Below are positions 54,430 through 64,000 of a stretch of DNA of 64,000 bases, one piece after another. The stretch spans positions 31,558,001-31,622,000 of the forward strand of contig OX597837.1 in the NCBI GenBank assembly GCA_951406725.2. The letters are read 5' to 3'. The translations under genes and the position numbers were made by a program. The notes below the pieces were generated by a model. The model was not told the origin of the DNA. It saw nothing but the letters and a program-made list of their open reading frames with translations, and made no database searches. Source of the DNA: Octopus vulgaris. Its lineage: Eukaryota. Every line of letters begins with the position of its first letter. The stretch's first letter is position 1.

Positions 54430-57140
54430 GGTAAAAACCGTAAGATAACAAAAGAAAGAAAGAGACCTCAATTTAAAATTTCGTAAGTCTTTTAACAATT
54501 TCCAATATAAATTGAAAAAAGATATAAAACATATAAAAAGCTCCAAGAAAAAAGCACTTTTTTCGGATAAAACCAAGAACTTGTACCTGGTAGATAACAG
54601 CAAATATTTACAACTCTTACACAACAGCATCATTAATAATTACACTAAGGCTAAGCCACAGACCTATAATGAAATTAATAAAGAAGCTAGCGTTATCGCC
54701 GCTAAACTTAAATTAGATTAAAAAATAGAAGTCCCTCCCCAAAAAGAGACCTTTATTACAATTAAAGACCACAAAGAGAACTTCCTTTCCAACCCTAAAT
54801 ATAGGCTTATCAACCCAGCTAAGTCAGAACTAGGGATTATTAGTAAAGAAATTTTAGATAAAATAAATGCGAAAATTAAGACCGCTACTAGGCTAGTACA
54901 ATGGTCCAATAGTATAGAAGTCGTAGACTGGTTTAAAGCCATTAAGAATAAGAAATAAGCGAGGTTTACACAATTCGATATTGTTGATTTTTATGCCTCT
55001 ATCTCTAAAGAACTGCTAGATAAAGCCCTCGTCTTCGCTAGCGATTTCATAGAAATCAGTACACAGGATAAGGACATAATCTTCCATGCTAGAAAGACCT
55101 TACTTTTCAGCGAGAACGCAAAGTGAGTCAAAAATACCGACACAGAGGGTGCTTTCGATGTGAGCATGGGGTCATATGATGGAGCAGGCATTTGCGATCT
55201 TATTGGATTTTTTCTTCTAGATACTTTAGGTAAGACATTTCCTGACGTATATTTCGCCATCTACAAAGATGATGCCCTCGCTTTAACCGCTAATACAAAT
55301 GGACCAGCACAGGATCGTTTTAGGAAGGATATTATCCAATTAATGAAATACTTCGGACTTAGTATAACTATAGATACTAACCAGACGGTTGTCAATTTCC
55401 TAGATGTTTCCTTAGATCTAAATAAGAATATTTATAAGCCTTATAGGAAGCCCAATGATAGACTTAGTTATATTAATGTAGGTTCATGCCATCCCCTTAT
55501 AGTATTCAAAAATTTAGTTTAAAATATTAGTAAGAGAATTTCTAGCCTCTCCTCCGATAAGGACATTTTTAATAGCGTTGCCCCAGTTTATAATAAGGCT
55601 TTAAAAGATAGTGGTTTTAGCGAAAAAAAATATACACCTGTTACTAGCCCAACAGTAAAGAAGAGGAAAAATAGAAATAGGAAGATCATCTGGTTTACAC
55701 CCCCTTACTCACCCGAGGTGACCTTCAATATAAGTAAATATTTCTTAACACTGATAGATCGACATTTTCCAGTTAACCACACTTATAGGAAACTCTTCAA
55801 TAAACACAATTTAAAAATTAGTTTTAGTTCAACTACCAATTTTAAAAATATAATCACACATAACACACAAAAACCACAACAAGAAAACAGCTGTTCATGC
55901 AGGAATAAAAAATTGTGCCCGCTAAATGGAGCTTGCATGTCCGAGACCATCATCTACGAAGCTACCGTGGACTCTATAACCAATAAAGACACCGTTTCGA
56001 CGAAGAAATACGTGGGCCTTACAGAGGGTAATTTCAAAGCCAGGTTCAATAACAACACCTTGAGTTTTAGGCACTGGAACAAAAGAAAAGCGACAAAATT
56101 ATCTAATCATATTTGGTCATTAAAAGATAAAGGTGTCAATTATAAAATCCATTGGAAGATTTTGGCCAAATGTAAGCCCTATACTAACGGCAGCGGAAAG
56201 TGCGGTCTATGCGACATGGAGAGATGGCTTATCTGGAAAAGCAACTTAGACCCTACTACATGTCTAAACTCAAGGACAGAACTTTTCGGATCATGCTTTC
56301 TATATTATGTCCCAAAAAGTTTTTTATCTCATTATACCTTTTATTATTTCATATATTTTTATATTTTCACACATAATAATTTTTTTCTGTACTCTTTCAT
56401 TCTACATTTTTCCTGTGCCTATATAGACGTGTAAATAGATTTTTTTGTACACGTGTGTGAATATGTATGAGTGGGCAGTTTTAGATGTGTGCGTGTGTGC
56501 GGCCATAAGAATGCATATATATAGACGTTTATACAATTTTTTTTTGGCATATGTATATTCCTTTTTTGTGTATGCATGTGTGTGTATGTGTATATAAATA
56601 TGTGTGGGTATGTACATATATGGGCGTGTGTGTGTATGAGTGCATAAGGGGATGTCCGTATATGAACGTGGTTTTTACGCTTTGTATACTTCCTTATGTT
56701 TTTTTCTGTATTGTTGTTTTTTTCTGTATTGTTACCTTTAACCATGTTTTTTCTTGTGCTTGTGCGTATATAGACGTATGTATGAACTTTTACGGTACGC
56801 GTGTGTGTATGAGTTTGTATATATATGCGTATACATTTGGCGAAAAATGCGAGTGAAGATGTGTACGTTTTCATAGTGACGTATAAGTACGCACGTGGGT
56901 CCGCGAGCGCACATGTGAGCGTATTAGTAGCCATGTTTACGTGTTTACTATGAACTTTTAATCTTAATTTATATAAGTAGCGGAATTATAACACAGTAAT
57001 TTCCCTTTATATAACGGTATTTTTTCGTAGCGTTTTTCAGATGGCCAGATAACAGAAGAGATGATGTTGTGAATTTCCACTTCGGCATCTGAAACTCAGA
57101 GTTTTATCGTGACTATTGAATAATGGTAACATATTAATTT
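54430..57140 (+). mobile_element. Decayed Penelope-like retroelement (RT + C-terminal GIY-YIG), Naiad-type
   Basis: RT motifs FITIKDHKENF..NPKYRLINPAKSELG, FDIVDFY, SMGSYDGAGICDLIG, YKDD and VNFLDV. Linker CSCRNKKLCPLNGAC. Endonuclease IIYEATV...YVGLTEGNFKARF...CGLC..E. In-frame stops at 54719, ~54957, 55124 and 55520. Hammerhead-like motif at the 3' end. Confidence 0.9.
57048..57108 (+). ncRNA. Hammerhead motif of the Naiad element 3' end, core mutated (CAGAAGA)
   Basis: GATAA CAGAAGA GATG...CATCt GAAAC TCAGA GTT TTATC; stem I GATAA/TTATC; same TCAGA stem III as the 26.5-kb motif. Confidence 0.5.
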
Positions 57141-57144
57141 ACAG

Positions 57145-57215
<71 letters not shown>

Positions 57216-57615
57216 GAAATTATGAAGAGAGACAAAAGAGAGGTTACCAAAATATATTCTGTTCTGAATTCATTATATGCACCAAATCATGTGTTAAAAG
57301 TATATATTTATATAAATATACAGAAAATGTATTAAATATACATTAAAAATATATAGATACAATATATACGAATATGTTAAGAATATATGAACAATGTACA
57401 AAATATAGTCCTACTGACTTTTTAAAAACGATATTAATATATATAAAAATTATTTAAGATATTGTAAGTCCATAAGGTTTATATTTCGCATAAAATACGA
57501 ATGTAGAGAATATAGTAGATCCAGAATAGCAGTATGTATAGAGAAATGTGTAGATGGTCTTGATAGATTACTGAGTGATGTCTTAGAGAAATCACATTAT
57601 TGTTGGTGATACATA

Positions 57616-58020
57616 GGCGCAGGAGTGGCTGTGTGGTAAGTAGCTTGCTAACCAACCACATGGTTCCGGGTTCAGTCCCACTGCGTGGCATCTTGGGGAA
57701 GTGTCTTCTGCTATAGCCCCGGGCCGACCAATGCCTTGTGAGTGGATTTGGTAGACGGAAACTGAAAGAAGCCTGTCGTATATATGTATATATATATGTG
57801 TGTGTGTGTTTGTGTGTCTGTGTTTGTCCCCCAGCATTGCTTGACAACCGATGCTGGTGTGTTTACGTCCCCGTTACTTAGCGGTTCGGCAAAAGAGACC
57901 GATAGAATAAGTACTGGGCTTACAAAGAATAAGTCCCGGGGTCGATTTGCTCGACAAAAGGCGGTGCTCCAGCATGGCCGCAGTCAAATGACTGAAACAA
58001 GTAAAAGAGAGTAAAAGAGA
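57616..58020 (+). mobile_element. SINE family A
   Basis: Family sequence. Confidence 0.85.
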
Positions 58021-58827
58021 GATACAGCGAATGGTTATATGCACATAAAAAGTATTAAGACAAAAATGTTATTTAGATATACTTTTATTTTAGTTGTTTA
58101 CACTATTTATCGCTTGTTTGTACTCTTACAATTCAAAGTTCACAAATCCCATTATCGAAATTGTGAATCGTTTTCCTTTCGATAATATTAATATGATTGC
58201 ATAACTTCTTTGTAGACGATATTTTCTGTTTGGTCGACACTAATTTTCAAATTACTGGTGTCCGTTGCTCTACTCGTAGTGACGTAAAGCTGGGCGTGTG
58301 TAAACATCGGAGTGGGTGAAAATAAACCTACACAATCTAAAGTCTGGCTTTGGGCCTTCTTTACTTACCTCTCACTGTTCTATGCAAATAACGTCTGGAT
58401 GTTCTGGTACCAGGGCGATTTTGATTAATACAAGTGAGATGTAAACAACAGCCGTTTCAATTAGCCGTTTCGAATCCTGCTCGAGACAGACACACTTCAA
58501 TAACCACTAAATAATCACACACACTATATACTGATGCACCTTTTCCATTTTACTTTCGCTATTAAACATCCTTCTTCGCATCTACAATGGGACCACGAAC
58601 TCTACGATGAAAATCCAGAGTAACTCGTAGTCGATACATTTTTAATAAGAATGCGAATGTGGTTTATAAATTATATATAAAACTATAAATAAGGGTATCT
58701 GAGAGATACCACCATGCCGAAATAGCAGTCGAGACCCCGACTCCAAAAACCACCTTAAATGTTCATATCGCGCCATGAGAGAAGACACAGAGACAAAATA
58801 ACGTAGCCAAAACGATTTTACTGGATA

Positions 58828-58886
58828 ATTCAAGATCATGGATTTCTGGCTTTGCTTCCAATAAGCTCTGCCTTCGTCAGTTGAAT
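58828..58886 (-). ncRNA. Minimal type-I hammerhead ribozyme motif
   Basis: Minus strand: ATTCAA CTGACGA aGGC...GCCa GAAAT CcatG ATC TTGAAT. 6-bp stem I, intact core, AUC cleavage triplet. Confidence 0.65.
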
Positions 58887-59072
58887 ATGCCAGATGGGTA
58901 CATAAATACAAATATATATGTACATCACATACGTTATAATTACATATACGAACCTCCTTACATACATATATATGTACGTATGTAGAAGACCAGACCAAAT
59001 TGCTCGCCAACCACCTCACAAGCGCGATATGGTCAAAAATAAAAACCGCAGTGAATACCTTGACAAATTATT

Positions 59073-59245
59073 TAAATTTATAAATAAGGATAATATCGAT
59101 ATTTAAATATCGATCTTATCAAGTAGCCAGATCCCCTTATATATAGTTTAAAATAATTATTACCTTTGTATGGCATTTATTCCCATGCTGGCCACTTGAT
59201 AAGATCGATATTTAAATATCGATATTATTCTTATTTATAAATTTA
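59073..59245. repeat. ~58-bp inverted repeat containing internal palindrome ATCGATATTTAAATATCGAT
   Basis: 59073-59130 versus 59188-59245. Confidence 0.85.
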
Positions 59246-59259
59246 TACATACACACACA

Positions 59260-59347
<88 letters not shown>

Positions 59348-59380
59348 TATATACATACATATATACATACACACACACAT

Positions 59381-59417
<37 letters not shown>

Positions 59418-59436
59418 TACATACATACATACATAC

Positions 59437-59541
<105 letters not shown>

Positions 59542-60117
59542 TATATACATATATATATGTGTGTGTGTATATACATATATACATATATGTAATAAACCTT
59601 TACATAAATAAATAACATGAAATACACGAAGGGACGAACAAAAAGACAAACGGGTCATTCAAAGCCTTCATTCTTCAGTCAGAAACTGATCCCTCATCGC
59701 AGATTGCGGCTGTTTAATTCTGAGATCCGCTCTGAATCAGCCAGCCACAGAAGGAAAGAATGCAACGCAACAAAGACGAACATGAAACGAAAAATCTTTT
59801 TTGGAGACAGTAACGGTTAAAAACATGGATGACACAAAGACGAACATGAAACGAAAAATCTTTTATGGAGACAGTAACGGTTAAAAACATGGATGACACA
59901 GGCGCCCTACGGCTTTGAGACAAAAAGAGAGACACAAAAACAATATCAGCAAGCGTGGAAAAATAATTACCTTTTCGGTGATAAGACACATGTTGAACAA
60001 GCGGCCGATGGAAACAGAATGGCTGAGGCAGCAAGTCGCAAGAGGGTGAGAGAGAGAAGGGGGTAAGAGAGAGAGGGGACCAAAGAGGGTGGAACCCGAG
60101 GACAGAAGCAGAGACCG

Positions 60118-60215
<98 letters not shown>

Positions 60216-60673
60216 ATATATATAAACTAGAAAAAGGCTTCAAAGAAAAGAGACTACACGTTGTAAAAATAGGGGAAAAGTAAAATAAAAAGGAAAATGC
60301 ACCTCAGATAAAAAAAATAAAAGCTTTCTATGAAAAGTAAAGATGTATATATAAAATTAGATGAATTGAGGTGGAATTATGAAGTATAAAGTTCATTATT
60401 ATGAATTATGAAAGAGATTCAAAGTCATACCGGTATCGTCAGAAGCTGTTCACTGATTTTGACTGAACGTCGACTGCAAAACGGCGTCGGGTTAAATAGT
60501 ACATGAGTGAAAAGACTATATGCAATGGAGGTAAGCAGTTCTGGAAGTGATGCATTTAAAGTAGATTTAAATACTAGAATATGAATGCTGTTTGGTATGT
60601 ATGGAAATTAGTGGTATTAATGCTAAGATTAGTAGTGTGATCGTGTTCAGATGTGGATTGATAGAAAGGGAAA

Positions 60674-60746
<73 letters not shown>

Positions 60747-60752
60747 ACCATC

Positions 60753-60833
<81 letters not shown>

Positions 60834-60960
60834 CTTTTACTCTTTTACTTGTTTCAGTCATTTGATTGTGGCCATGCTGGAGCACCGCCTTATATATATA
60901 TATATATATATATGGATGTGCTATTAAATTAGTACCCAATTTTCTCACCCTTATCGGTTG

Positions 60961-61057
<97 letters not shown>

Positions 61058-61443
61058 GATGCAAAGCAGCACCTGCAAATGCTAGAATTCTGTGACTTTA
61101 TCACGCCGAAGAAAGAAAGAATATCTCATGAGGTTGGGGTTCTTGTGTGGCTTATCGAGTTTTAGCTCTTATTTCTAGCAATTCCAGGTGCAATTTTGCA
61201 CCCTTATTTATTAATTTTGCCTTTTGGGTTTTAATTGCAATTGCCAATTATATTATATTGTATTTAATATTTCATAGAATGAAGGCGGCGTGCTGGTAGA
61301 AATGTTAGCAAGCCTTTTCATCATTTCGTTGTCGATGAAATAAGTACAAGCTTATCAATCCGTTTGTCTATCCTTGTTTGTCCTCTCTGTGTTTAGCTCC
61401 TTGTGGGTAGTAAAGGTATTTCGTCTGTCTTTACGTCTGTATT

Positions 61444-64000
<2,557 letters not shown>

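Noticed and set aside
55124-55126. In-frame TGA in the Naiad-type RT as possible selenocysteine (some Naiads are selenoproteins)
   Set aside because: It falls at a position resembling a conserved Trp (TGG to TGA), the copy also has TAA stops, and the Cys-motif positions use normal Cys codons.

Overview
AT-rich, microsatellite-saturated animal genomic DNA. The repeat landscape (three abundant tRNA-headed SINE families with internal CA/TA microsatellites, Naiad-type Penelope elements, TTAGGG-type repeats) suggests a coleoid cephalopod, probably Octopus (inference). Almost all ORF-track entries are translated simple repeats. The main result is missed by the ORF track: a complete six-exon + strand gene (TATA 43330, CDS 43419-49779, AATAAA 49877). 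It encodes a 131-aa secreted protein with a signal peptide and two tandem Cys-rich modules, each built from a duplicated exon pair. A second copy lies inverted about 14 kb downstream (61444-64000, running off the window), with its last exon and 3'UTR essentially identical. Between the copies sit an apparently intact IR/DR-type DD34E Tc1 transposon and a decayed Naiad-type Penelope element. At least six minimal type-I hammerhead ribozyme motifs occur, three of them in fold-back inverted repeats. Also present: a TIR element carrying telomeric repeats, Helitron-like, R4/Dong, CR1-like and RTE-like remnants, and weaker evidence for a minus-strand multi-exon transcript in the first 23 kb. All coordinates and alignments were read by eye, and repeat boundaries are approximate.
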